Positions 46,775-55,125 of a DNA stretch of 64,000 bases are shown one piece after another. The stretch comes from a virus (Duplodnaviria > Heunggongvirae > Uroviricota > Caudoviricetes). The DNA is taken from the IMG/VR virus record IMGVR_UViG_3300045988_163275, positions 1 to 64,000 of that record, one strand, 5' to 3'. Each line of letters starts with the position of its first letter. Position 1 is the stretch's first letter. Below the pieces are notes generated by a model. That model was not told where the DNA came from, searched no databases, and saw only the letters and a program-made list of their open reading frames with translations. Both the position numbers and the translations under genes were made by a program.

Positions 46775-47350
46775 TTTGGCTCCAGAATCGTGCGCCGCGA
46801 CGATTTTTGTTTTCTCGCGCGTGTGCGCACGCGTGCGTGTAAATAATAAAAAATTTTATAAAAGAAAAACTTACTTCCCAGAACAGGTTTTAATAAAACC
46901 TGAACTGAACGAACGAAGTGAGTGAAGTTCACCTCGAACGAAGTGAGAGGTTGTCTTTTCAGGTAATACTCTCCCAGGGAGGTGAGTACAAAATTTCCTC
47001 ACCAACCTGGTCGTTTCATAACCTGAAAAGTTATGACCTAAGTCTACTGCCAGCTTAGGCTTGGGAAGTTATGGATGACAGCACCCCAGAACCGAGATCT
47101 TCCCACACTTTATGAAGGGGAGTACTGGAATCAACCTCTCGAAACACTCCAGACTCGACAATCATAAAGTGACCCTTCTCTCTGCTCACTTTGGTTCCCC
47201 CTTCCCCAACCCCTAAACGGTGCTGGTTCTACGCTGGTAGTGAGCTTTTTTAAACCTGACGCCAGTGACGCAATCCCCCACCCATCAGGTCGAGCTGCCG
47301 AAAGTATCCGGAAGCGGATAGATTGTATCACTGGTTAGTGGCGCTTTGAA

Positions 47351-47368
47351 TGGTAAGTACTTACCTAT
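47351..47368. repeat. TAAGTA-type palindrome
   Basis: tggtaagtacttacctat; overlaps the stop codon of 47368..47598. Confidence 0.5.
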
Positions 47369-47598
47369 TATATTGATTGATTAATTTCTCGCCCATGCAG
47401 CTGGACATTCAGAGCAAACACCTCATTGATCAGCTCACCCAACAACTGCTCCACCAGTTCTATGTGCTCGCCTGAATGAAGACACTTGAGCGACCATTCG
47501 TAGAGACTGAAAGCCTTATCGCGATCTTTCATCATGTCGCGTATCTTGGCCAGAAAATCGCTCTCAACGAGCGCTACGACGTTCGTCGGGTATATCAT
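47368..47598 (-). CDS. hypothetical protein
   Basis: 76 aa ORF downstream of the 17-bp IR hairpin element. Confidence 0.4.
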   Translation of the reverse strand: MIYPTNVVALVESDFLAKIRDMMKDRDKAFSLYEWSLKCLHSGEHIELVEQLLGELINEVFALNVQLHGREINQSI

Positions 47599-47714
47599 GA
47601 TAATTTTCCTTACTGTGGTTCATAAAATCGATTCTAGAGCGTCTGGAGAGGGACTCCAGTGGGTTCTGGAGGTGTAAAACGGTCTGGGAGTTGTTTGGAA
47701 ATCACGTCTTAAAA

Positions 47715-47795
47715 AGCCTGCGTCTGTATATATTAATAATTAGTACTTAGTTATTTATATATACGGAAGCAGGTTCTCAAACTAACTCCCAGACT
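47715..47795. repeat. 80-bp element: 17-bp inverted repeat around a TAAGTA-type palindrome (copy B)
   Basis: CCTGCGTCTGTATATAT ... ATATATACGGAAGCAGG then TTCTCAAACTAACTCCCAGAC; right arm identical to copy A; immediately 3' of dam. Confidence 0.7.
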
Positions 47796-47800
47796 GGTGT

Positions 47801-48394
47801 TTACGCTGCCTTTTTACGTGGTCTCTTCTTCCTGACAACATTGGCAGGGTCATAACCACCCAGCTTTTTCATCACCGCCAGCGGTATCTTGCTGATGGTG
47901 TGCCCAGCTTCCTGACAGTAGCCACGGAAGATAAGCAACATGCTGCCACCAGGGTTGATGTTCACCTCCACCAGCCCAAGTTCAACATCCGGCTCAACGA
48001 ACGCCACGCGGCCGCCAGACAAGATGACGGTTTCGTTGGCGCATTCAGCCGCACGCTCGTACCACTGCGTATCGAGGGATTGTGGTATCAGCATGACCGT
48101 CGTCACTCCACGCGCCTGCTCGCGAATGGCTGCGTCTATCCAGGGGGTGATTTTGGAGTAGGGCGGGTTAAGGAACGCCACAGTGCCAGGTTCTCCCCAA
48201 CTGCACTTGAGCGCATCACGCTCAACACCGATAAAGTTCGGCAGGAGAGCATTATCTTTGTTGCAGGCGACGTCCACATCGAACTTTACGCCTATGTAAC
48301 GTTGGATGGCGACAAACAACCACTGCGGTGTGCGCCAAAGGTCGCGAAGAGAGGCATCACGCTCTCGCTTTTTGATTTTTTCGGCTGCGATCAT
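47801..48394 (-). CDS. dam: DNA N6-adenine methyltransferase (phage Dam-type)
   Basis: NPPY motif in context FLNPPYSKITPWIDAAI; about 197 aa as in small phage Dam enzymes. Confidence 0.75.
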   Translation of the reverse strand: MIAAEKIKKRERDASLRDLWRTPQWLFVAIQRYIGVKFDVDVACNKDNALLPNFIGVERDALKCSWGEPGTVAFLNPPYSKITPWIDAAIREQARGVTTVMLIPQSLDTQWYERAAECANETVILSGGRVAFVEPDVELGLVEVNINPGGSMLLIFRGYCQEAGHTISKIPLAVMKKLGGYDPANVVRKKRPRKKAA

Positions 48395-48403
48395 TACTTT
48401 ACT

Positions 48404-48427
48404 CTGATAGGTAAATACTTACCTATT
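48404..48427. repeat. TAAGTA-type palindrome
   Basis: ctgataggtaaatacttacctatt; 10-15 nt upstream of the dam start. Confidence 0.55.
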
Positions 48428-48548
48428 TTTTCATTTAATCCAACGGATAGCAAACAAAGAAGAACGCGCCAGATTCGCAAACGGGAAGCTCTCTGGCGCG
48501 TTTTATCGATGCTGGGTAAGCCAATTCATACCCAGCATCCTAAAGCTC

Positions 48549-49421
48549 TCAGGGTGCTTTAGATCGTGCAGAGGAACATTGTTCAATGGAATACTCCGCT
48601 ATGAATTTTTTGACGATCGGCGACTCTTTATTAAGCGTTAGATTTCCACCTTCTCTGGTGGCAATGCCTGTGGCCGGAAACACAGCCATCATCTGGCCAG
48701 CCTGAGTCGAAGCCGTGTTAAGTGGATATGGTTTCTCCGGGTAGCTCATTAGCGCCAGTTTGATGCTATTGCTGGTCGCCGTGTTCGTATCAAGAATATG
48801 GCGCATTGCGATTACCGTGTAGACGCTGATTTCCGGGCCACCACTAAACCAGTTCAGGAGGTTTAAGATTTTGTCTTTCGCTTTGACCGGCGCGCCTTCA
48901 AATGCGGCAGTAAAGCGCTCACTATCCAGACCGGCTGTCACATAGAACGATTCATCCTTACCCTCCAGCGTGAAGCGAGGTTTGGTCGGCGCACGCTTTG
49001 ATTGTGCCTTCTGGTGTTTTGGCTGCTCTTCTTCAGGTTTAGGCCCAGACTCCACTGAAGGTAAAAGCGTTGGAGCTATATCGGTGGTCTCAGCGCTTCG
49101 AGCATCAAGTTCAGGTGTTGGCTCGTCCACTATCTCCGCAATAGGGCCACGCTCTGGCTCCTCGACCTTCACCGATTCGTGTGCAATCTCAAGCTCTTCC
49201 AGAACGCCACTCAGATCGCCGGTAGAGCTGACATTCATGACTTCATCTGCCACCGCCTCGACTGGTTTTGCGATTGCATCATCCAGACCAGAAAGAAGAT
49301 CGTCGATCTCGTCGACACCGCTCATTTTCGCAGCTTTCTGAACCGGTTCTTCGAGAGATTGCAGCATTGCAGTCAATTCATCCAGGTCATCGTTTTTAAC
49401 AATGTTTGAAACTGCGCTCAT
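48549..49421 (-). CDS. hypothetical protein with acidic N-terminal region
   Basis: Start at MSAVSNIV; Asp/Glu-rich N-terminal 150 aa then a C-terminal domain; terminator hairpins downstream. Confidence 0.4.
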   Translation of the reverse strand: MSAVSNIVKNDDLDELTAMLQSLEEPVQKAAKMSGVDEIDDLLSGLDDAIAKPVEAVADEVMNVSSTGDLSGVLEELEIAHESVKVEEPERGPIAEIVDEPTPELDARSAETTDIAPTLLPSVESGPKPEEEQPKHQKAQSKRAPTKPRFTLEGKDESFYVTAGLDSERFTAAFEGAPVKAKDKILNLLNWFSGGPEISVYTVIAMRHILDTNTATSNSIKLALMSYPEKPYPLNTASTQAGQMMAVFPATGIATREGGNLTLNKESPIVKKFIAEYSIEQCSSARSKAP

Positions 49422-49549
49422 TTTTAACTCCTTATGTTTTCGTTGGTGCATTTCCGCGTTTTGGTTGAGCTTATTCTGGCAAAACCTATCAGGCAGAAAA
49501 GTCATAACTACAGGCAGTTAAAGGAACTGGAGGCAAAGAAAAAGCGCCA

Positions 49550-50104
49550 TCAGGCGCTTTCGAATGGGAGTTTGAAGAAGCCGTATTTCTCTCGGGCTTT
49601 GAAGAAACACTGCATCATCAGATCAGTATCGTAGAGAGCACTGTGGGCTTTCTCACGGTCGTAAGTGAACCCAAGTGAGAATGCCAGCTCTTCCAGGCGT
49701 GGGCGCTTCCCATCCTCGGTAGCCCACAGGGAAAATAGAGTGTCAACCAGAGGGATTTCTGGCAATTTCACTCCATAGCTTCCGAACTCGTGGCGAATGA
49801 ACGGAAGGTCAAAAGCCTCCCCGTTATGGGCGACTAACGCGCTACATGCCCCCATATATGCAGCAATCTTACCTGCGTGATCAGCCAACAGCGGTTCAGC
49901 AGCCAGTTCTTCCAGAGAGATACCATGTACAGCCTGCGCCTTCGGATCGATGCTACGACGCGGGTTGAAGCGCATCTCAAGGCTGTCAATGCGCTTCTGG
50001 GTTTCCAGTTCATAACGAGATATCGCGATTTCGATAATTTTGTGGCCGGATGTGAAGTCCAGCCCCGTGGACTCAATATCGACGCCACCGACAATCGTGG
50101 TCAT
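49550..50104 (-). CDS. DEDDh 3'-5' exonuclease (DnaQ-like)
   Basis: Exo I (VDIESTGL), Exo II (HNGEAFDLPFI), Exo III (HSALYDTD). Confidence 0.75.
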   Translation of the reverse strand: MTTIVGGVDIESTGLDFTSGHKIIEIAISRYELETQKRIDSLEMRFNPRRSIDPKAQAVHGISLEELAAEPLLADHAGKIAAYMGACSALVAHNGEAFDLPFIRHEFGSYGVKLPEIPLVDTLFSLWATEDGKRPRLEELAFSLGFTYDREKAHSALYDTDLMMQCFFKAREKYGFFKLPFESA

Positions 50105-50113
50105 TGGTACTCC

Positions 50114-50548
50114 TTACAGCTTCTTCGCGCCTTTCAGCAGTGCGCCACGCACAAACTGAGCAGCCTTTTTTAGTGCGTCCTCGCCGCTTTCGCAGACGAC
50201 CGGCTCACGCCATTCGCCCGTTGACGTGTTGAGGAGCTGAATTTGGTTAGTCTCCAGGCAAACGGACACATACAAAACCGTACCGCCCGAGAGTTTGAGA
50301 TGCATAGGAAACAGAGAGCGCTTGGTGCCGCCATTGAATTGCGACATCGCCGCATTAATGGCTTCACCAACCTCTTCCCCAACAAGACCTTGAACGGACT
50401 CAAACACTGCTCGGATAGCCAGACGTGCTTCACGTTCACTCATTAAGGAACGGGATTGTTCGTCAGCAATACGGATCAGTGCTTCAATCGCTTTGCGATC
50501 TAATTCATCCGACAGGGGAAGTTCATCTATCATTCTGTTTTTCCTCAA
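50114..50548 (-). CDS. hypothetical protein
   Basis: 144 aa ORF in the replication/nucleotide-metabolism block. Confidence 0.4.
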   Translation of the reverse strand: MRKNRMIDELPLSDELDRKAIEALIRIADEQSRSLMSEREARLAIRAVFESVQGLVGEEVGEAINAAMSQFNGGTKRSLFPMHLKLSGGTVLYVSVCLETNQIQLLNTSTGEWREPVVCESGEDALKKAAQFVRGALLKGAKKL

Positions 50549-50596
50549 TTTATTTAGCGTGTCTTATTGTCACACTGCCCAACAGGGGAACAACAT

Positions 50597-51241
50597 TCAG
50601 TGGAAGGTCACTCGTCCTGTTATACGGCTCTCGATGTTTTCAGTGGCTCTTTCCAGCACACGCAATACCGATCTGGCTCGCGCCTCAACCGTGCGGCACT
50701 TTTCAGAGATAATGAAAACCTGCAAATCGCCGGTATGGGGAAGGGCGCTAATTTTCGTCAGCTCGCCACACATAAGTGCATCGATGCGAGCAACATAGAG
50801 ACGGTCAAGCGATCCTCGCTGGGGACGCGCGAGATCTTTGCTGGAAAGCTCAACGCCCGGGCGAAGACCCGCTATAGCATTAAAGTTGGAAATGGCCGCT
50901 TTGTGGCAAAACTGCTCAATGTCGAGAGCCAGCTCGATGCAGCGGTCTTCGTTGGTCTGGCCGACCAGGTCAAGCGTATAAGCCATGACATCGGCTGGCG
51001 TGCGGTCGATGACAAAACCTTCAACGCCGCGGGTGATCATCTCGATGTGTCTGGCAATCTCCATCTGAACCTGAAGACGCTCGTAAAGGGGCAAACGCTC
51101 GCCAACCTTCACCCCCAGACTGCTCATCAGCTTGCCAACACCGGCATCCACATACGGAATGCCATAGTGCGCATCGATGTACCTTGCCAGGGTTGTTTTC
51201 CCACTGCCCTGTGCGCCAGTGATTCCAATCCGGTAATCCAT
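50597..51241 (-). CDS. P-loop NTPase, putative (deoxy)nucleotide kinase
   Basis: Walker A (GITGAQGSGKTT) near the N-terminus; stop overlaps DHFR gene context. Confidence 0.45.
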   Translation of the reverse strand: MDYRIGITGAQGSGKTTLARYIDAHYGIPYVDAGVGKLMSSLGVKVGERLPLYERLQVQMEIARHIEMITRGVEGFVIDRTPADVMAYTLDLVGQTNEDRCIELALDIEQFCHKAAISNFNAIAGLRPGVELSSKDLARPQRGSLDRLYVARIDALMCGELTKISALPHTGDLQVFIISEKCRTVEARARSVLRVLERATENIESRITGRVTFH

Positions 51242-51717
51242 TACGACCTTCTGTATACGATCTGCAAAAAGCCAGGCTCATCCTCATTTGCACGTTGGGT
51301 ATAAGCCGTTTCGACTGGTACGAACCCTAAAGAACGCATCATTGGCGCCGGGAAGAACGCATCCGCGCCCGACACATCCACGCCAATATGCGACAGCCAG
51401 ATCTCTTCAACGTGTGGCATAAAGAGCGAGTAAATCTGCCCGCCACCAATCACCCAGACCGGATCTGGTAGTTTTAAAACGTCATCGATGCCAGCGGGGT
51501 AGAAACCATTGGGGATATAGCCACGAGAGCGCGTCAAAACGAGGTTATGGCGCTCTGGCAGCGGGCGTTTGAGACTTTCCATCGTCTTACGTCCCATCAC
51601 GACAGTGGCGTTTTTGGTGAGTTGTTTGAACAGTTTCAGATCGGTCGGGCAACGCCAGGGAAGTTCGTTGCCAATGCCGATTTCATAGTTGCGGCCGACA
51701 GCTGCAATCATCTTCAT
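51241..51717 (-). CDS. folA: dihydrofolate reductase
   Basis: FolA-like pattern (MIAAVGRNYEIGIGNELPWRCPTDLKLFKQLT...VVMGRKT...VWVIGGGQIY). Confidence 0.8.
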   Translation of the reverse strand: MKMIAAVGRNYEIGIGNELPWRCPTDLKLFKQLTKNATVVMGRKTMESLKRPLPERHNLVLTRSRGYIPNGFYPAGIDDVLKLPDPVWVIGGGQIYSLFMPHVEEIWLSHIGVDVSGADAFFPAPMMRSLGFVPVETAYTQRANEDEPGFLQIVYRRS

Positions 51718-52127
51718 TGGCTTACCTCATAGATGGTTGGTCGCTGGTGAGAATCTGCCAGCGCAGAACGCAGACGCGGATCATGAACCAGTGCGGCGAT
51801 AAGTAAGTCGCCTTTGTGCTCTGCCAGCGTGCGCTTGATATGGGTTTCAAAACTGACACCGCGCGGAACCAGGTGGAGCCAGTCATAATCAATGCCGAAG
51901 TCCTTCAGCCAGCGCTTGGTTGGGCCTTCGAGCGCTTCCGGACGACTACTGATAAGCACCACTTCAGCACCGGAGCGAGCAAAACCACGCAACATGCGGC
52001 TGGTGGGAAAGATGAGTTCATCACCGGCAATGAGAGCGCCTGCATCCGCATCAGGCACTGCTTTGCGATGGCTGGCTCTCGCCAGCACACCTTCAATTTC
52101 ACACAACACATACATCCCTCTGGCCAT
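51714..52127 (-). CDS. hypothetical protein, possibly HAD-like nucleotidase
   Basis: Start at MARGMYVLCEIEGVL, 2 nt after the TS stop; HAD-like first-motif position has E instead of D, so assignment is weak. Confidence 0.3.
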   Translation of the reverse strand: MARGMYVLCEIEGVLARASHRKAVPDADAGALIAGDELIFPTSRMLRGFARSGAEVVLISSRPEALEGPTKRWLKDFGIDYDWLHLVPRGVSFETHIKRTLAEHKGDLLIAALVHDPRLRSALADSHQRPTIYEVSQ

Positions 52128-52128
52128 A

Positions 52129-53244
52129 TCACACCGCCACTGGAACCTTGATCCACGGAAGAGGGCTGTAGCCGCACACCTGCACACCTTCCCATTTGAA
52201 GTCGTCCAGTTCGGCCCATTCATGCGGGAAGATGACAACCGGGTCGGACTCTTTGGGCGGCTCGCACTTCATCAGTTCCTCAACGCCTTCCATGTGGTTG
52301 TCGTAGAGATGAACGTCAAAGCCAAAATGCACGAATGCGCCAGCCATGTGGCCGGTGATCTTCGCGAGGAAGTGGGTGAGAATGCCGTAACCGGCGATGT
52401 TGAACGGCATACCAACAAAGGTATCGACACTGCGTTGAACCAGGCATGAGTTCAGAATGCGTTTCGGGATGCCCAGCTCGTCCAGCATGTTCTCAGTAAT
52501 GCCGCCATCTCTTTCCAGAAGACACAGCATCTGGGTGTAAATGGACTCGTGGCCGTGGCGGTTGTGCTGTATGCCAATGTCGGTGGCCATAGTCAGTCGG
52601 GTCTCAAAGTCCAGCTCGCGACTCCACAGTGAAAACACGAAATGGCATGGCGGCAGCTTCATATCTTCCAGTTCGCCAACATTCCAGGCATTCAGCAGGA
52701 TGCGACGATCTGTAGGGTTGGTGCGAAGCGTGTCAACGATACGCTGTAGCTGGTCAATTTCACGGGACAACACAACGCGATCTTCACTTACGCCCAGATA
52801 CCCCTCGACCTTGTACCCGCGCTCACGGAACGTGTCGATTTTGCGCAGATACTCGCTATGGCTCACGATGCGAGTGTCTTCCCACCGACGCCATTGCTTG
52901 CCATAGACCGGGCCTAAATCGCCATTTTCATCGGCCCAGGCATCCCAGATTTTGACGCCATTGTCTTTCAGGAACTGGATGTTGCCTGTTCCTTTGAGAT
53001 ACCACTCCAGCTCAACCAGTAACGGCTTCAGATTGACGGCTTTTCCGGAGATAAGTGGAACAGATCCGCCCGTCAGCATGTAGTAGGAAGGGACATATGA
53101 AACACTTTTTGTGCCGGTTCCGGTGCGATCACCCGCGTGAACGCCAGTGTTGAGCACCGTTTCAACCACTTTGGCATACGAATCACTGGCAAACTGACCG
53201 TTCGTAAAGTCTCGATTCAGTAGGATAGACAAAATCAACCTCAC
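52129..53244 (-). CDS. thyA: thymidylate synthase (ThyA family) with two insertions
   Basis: DRTGTGT, WADENGDLGPVYGKQWR, catalytic LPPCH, QRSVD, MPFNIAGY all present; two extra segments (about 38 and 50 aa) relative to E. coli ThyA; GTG/TTG start near 53244. Confidence 0.8.
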   Translation of the reverse strand: MRLILSILLNRDFTNGQFASDSYAKVVETVLNTGVHAGDRTGTGTKSVSYVPSYYMLTGGSVPLISGKAVNLKPLLVELEWYLKGTGNIQFLKDNGVKIWDAWADENGDLGPVYGKQWRRWEDTRIVSHSEYLRKIDTFRERGYKVEGYLGVSEDRVVLSREIDQLQRIVDTLRTNPTDRRILLNAWNVGELEDMKLPPCHFVFSLWSRELDFETRLTMATDIGIQHNRHGHESIYTQMLCLLERDGGITENMLDELGIPKRILNSCLVQRSVDTFVGMPFNIAGYGILTHFLAKITGHMAGAFVHFGFDVHLYDNHMEGVEELMKCEPPKESDPVVIFPHEWAELDDFKWEGVQVCGYSPLPWIKVPVAV

Positions 53245-53247
53245 ACA

Positions 53248-53270
53248 AGATAAGTAAGTACATACCTATT
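53248..53270. repeat. TAAGTA-type palindrome
   Basis: agataagtaagtacatacctatt; immediately upstream of the thyA start. Confidence 0.5.
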
Positions 53271-53319
53271 ATTTTATACAAGTTTATCTGTCAGAAGTGT
53301 GTAAGGCTAGGAGGGGAGT

Positions 53320-53347
53320 AAAAAAAATGGTGGCTCTTCGGCCACCA
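53320..53347 (-). terminator. intrinsic terminator between MazG-like gene and thyA
   Basis: Minus strand TGGTGGCCGAAGAGCCACCA followed by TTTTTTTT. Confidence 0.7.
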
Positions 53348-53402
53348 TTGCAATGAGCAATTAAGAACTTGGACAATAAAACACGCCAAGGCAATATATA
53401 AT

Positions 53403-53419
53403 GATAAGTACTCACTTAC
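53403..53419. repeat. TAAGTA-type palindrome
   Basis: gataagtactcacttac; at the MazG-like stop, before the terminator. Confidence 0.45.
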
Positions 53420-54290
53420 AATTATTTTTTACCATCTCGTAAAGAGATGAGGACTTCGCCTTCTCAACAAAGCAAGTCAGATCCACATCGCTGTAGGTTG
53501 GGGATTTGAGGATCTTGCCATCAGAAACTCTGAAGCCGATCATCATGTCAGTCCCTTCAGCATGGCGGAACCCCAGATCTTCCTTATCGTATTTGCAATT
53601 CTCTACCGCCACACGACGCTCTTCGGCGTCAGCCGGCCACAGCTTGGTCATGTTGGAACGGTGGATTTCTGCCACCAGCTCAACAATATCGATTCCGAGA
53701 AAATCAGCCAGACGGTAGGTCATCATGCAGGCAACGTAGATTTTGTTCATCACGCGGCGCAGCTCCTGCACCAATTCGGAATCGCTTATCGGCTTCGCTT
53801 CAAGTTTGTCAGCCAGCGCATTCAGCATTAATGCAGCTTCTTTTGCTTCTTCAAACGGGATAGCCATATCGTCAAAGACCGTGTTGCCCGGAACCATGAT
53901 GGTGTGGATGAAGCGATCAACACTCTGCTCTTGGGTGTAGTAACTCATGCCCGTCGAGATGCCGCCTTTGATGGCCACCATTGTGCCGACGCCCACGTAA
54001 AGGAAGTCAGCCATCGCGTCCAGCAGTGCCGTCATATCCCCATTTTTGGCTGCCGGGATGCCCTCGGTAACTGCTTCTTCGTGGATCAGCTTGGCACGCA
54101 GACGCAGTAATGCCGGATCTGGAATGGCACGGCGTGGGTGCTGAAACAGTGTGTGGAACTGGTCAACCATCAGGTAGATGCTTTCCGTTGTCTTGCCGAA
54201 ACCGGGATTCAACTCGTAAGGCTCTGGTTTAAACCCCACGAGTTTGTCTGCGGCAAGTTTCAGATGATCGGTCAGTTTCGTAAATTTCAT
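53412..54290 (-). CDS. hypothetical protein, possibly MazG-like NTP pyrophosphohydrolase
   Basis: All-alpha segments with acidic motifs (RAKLIHEEAVTE; EAKEAALMLNALADKLE) reminiscent of MazG/HisE-type enzymes; weak. Confidence 0.3.
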   Translation of the reverse strand: MKFTKLTDHLKLAADKLVGFKPEPYELNPGFGKTTESIYLMVDQFHTLFQHPRRAIPDPALLRLRAKLIHEEAVTEGIPAAKNGDMTALLDAMADFLYVGVGTMVAIKGGISTGMSYYTQEQSVDRFIHTIMVPGNTVFDDMAIPFEEAKEAALMLNALADKLEAKPISDSELVQELRRVMNKIYVACMMTYRLADFLGIDIVELVAEIHRSNMTKLWPADAEERRVAVENCKYDKEDLGFRHAEGTDMMIGFRVSDGKILKSPTYSDVDLTCFVEKAKSSSLYEMVKNNCK

Positions 54291-54496
54291 GTTTTCTTTC
54301 CTTTAGACTTCTCTTGATACGCCAATTTTGACCCAGCAGCGCCAGGCCACAAAGTGGTTAAACTCGGCTTAGAGGTATTCGAACTGGCTCAGGCCAGTGC
54401 AATCGACAGCGAACTTTGTCAGCGCTTCATGCAACTGGCAGCGGCTCGGTGGGCGTTACGTTTTACGATGCTTATTATGTGTAGCCCAATTAAAAA

Positions 54497-54516
54497 GACC
54501 ACTATATATAGTGGTC
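54497..54516. repeat. perfect 20-bp palindrome GACCACTATATATAGTGGTC
   Basis: Perfect inverted repeat whose arms (CCACTATA) match the repA iteron core; about 7 kb from the origin. Confidence 0.5.
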
Positions 54517-54524
54517 TCATGGTA

Positions 54525-54545
54525 ATAGATAAGCACTTACCTATC
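54525..54545. repeat. TAAGTA-type palindrome
   Basis: atagataagcacttacctatc; downstream of the RuvC-like stop. Confidence 0.45.
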
Positions 54546-54555
54546 AATTATCAAC

Positions 54556-55125
54556 TTATAAAATTCCAGCAAGAACATCGCGAACCTGACGGAATTGATC
54601 AGTTTGCATACCGGTGTAAATCGATGCGACAGCGTCCGCAAGGTGCTCGTTTTTATTCACCAGCACTTCCTTGCCCGATTGCTTCCGGCGCAACCACGGG
54701 GCGTTTGGCTGCTTCTGCGTAGCCCACTGAATGATCTCTTCTTTCGACGTAGTCAGCTTATTCCCGACATAGTACTTAATCTCGTTTGGCGTGACCTGTA
54801 TCAGTGGCTTATCCACACACGCCAGTACGCCAAGACAACCACCATAAGAAACCATCGCTCTAGCAGATTGACTGCCTACTGGCAGTTCACAGAACACTAA
54901 ATGAACTTGGTCAATCAGTGGCTTAATACCACGCCAAATCTCGTTCAACCGCCGCATATCGTCACTGTTAACGCGAACTTGCTTTTTCGTATCACCAGCT
55001 TTCGTCTCAATGAGATGCAACTTATTGACCTGCAATGCACCTGAATCCAGTTCTATTTCTCCGATGGCAACGCCAAAATTTGACAGAGATGGATCGAGAC
55101 CTGCAACTTTGATTACTTTTTTCAC
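54556..55125 (-). CDS. RuvC-like Holliday junction resolvase
   Basis: N-terminal GLDPSLSNFGVAIGE (first catalytic Asp), FCELP, C-terminal EHLADAVASIY, consistent with the RuvC/RNase H-like fold. Confidence 0.6.
   Translation of the reverse strand: MKKVIKVAGLDPSLSNFGVAIGEIELDSGALQVNKLHLIETKAGDTKKQVRVNSDDMRRLNEIWRGIKPLIDQVHLVFCELPVGSQSARAMVSYGGCLGVLACVDKPLIQVTPNEIKYYVGNKLTTSKEEIIQWATQKQPNAPWLRRKQSGKEVLVNKNEHLADAVASIYTGMQTDQFRQVRDVLAGIL

Noticed and set aside
46611-47331. ORFs 46611..46925 (+) and 47131..47331 (-)
   Set aside because: One is antisense to rnhA and the other lies in the structured non-coding segment with no RBS; products look non-protein-like.
52129-53244. Intron or intein inside the thymidylate synthase gene (by analogy with T4 td)
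   Set aside because: The ORF is continuous and the extra segments are only about 40-50 aa, too short for an intein and not interrupting the reading frame as a group I intron would.
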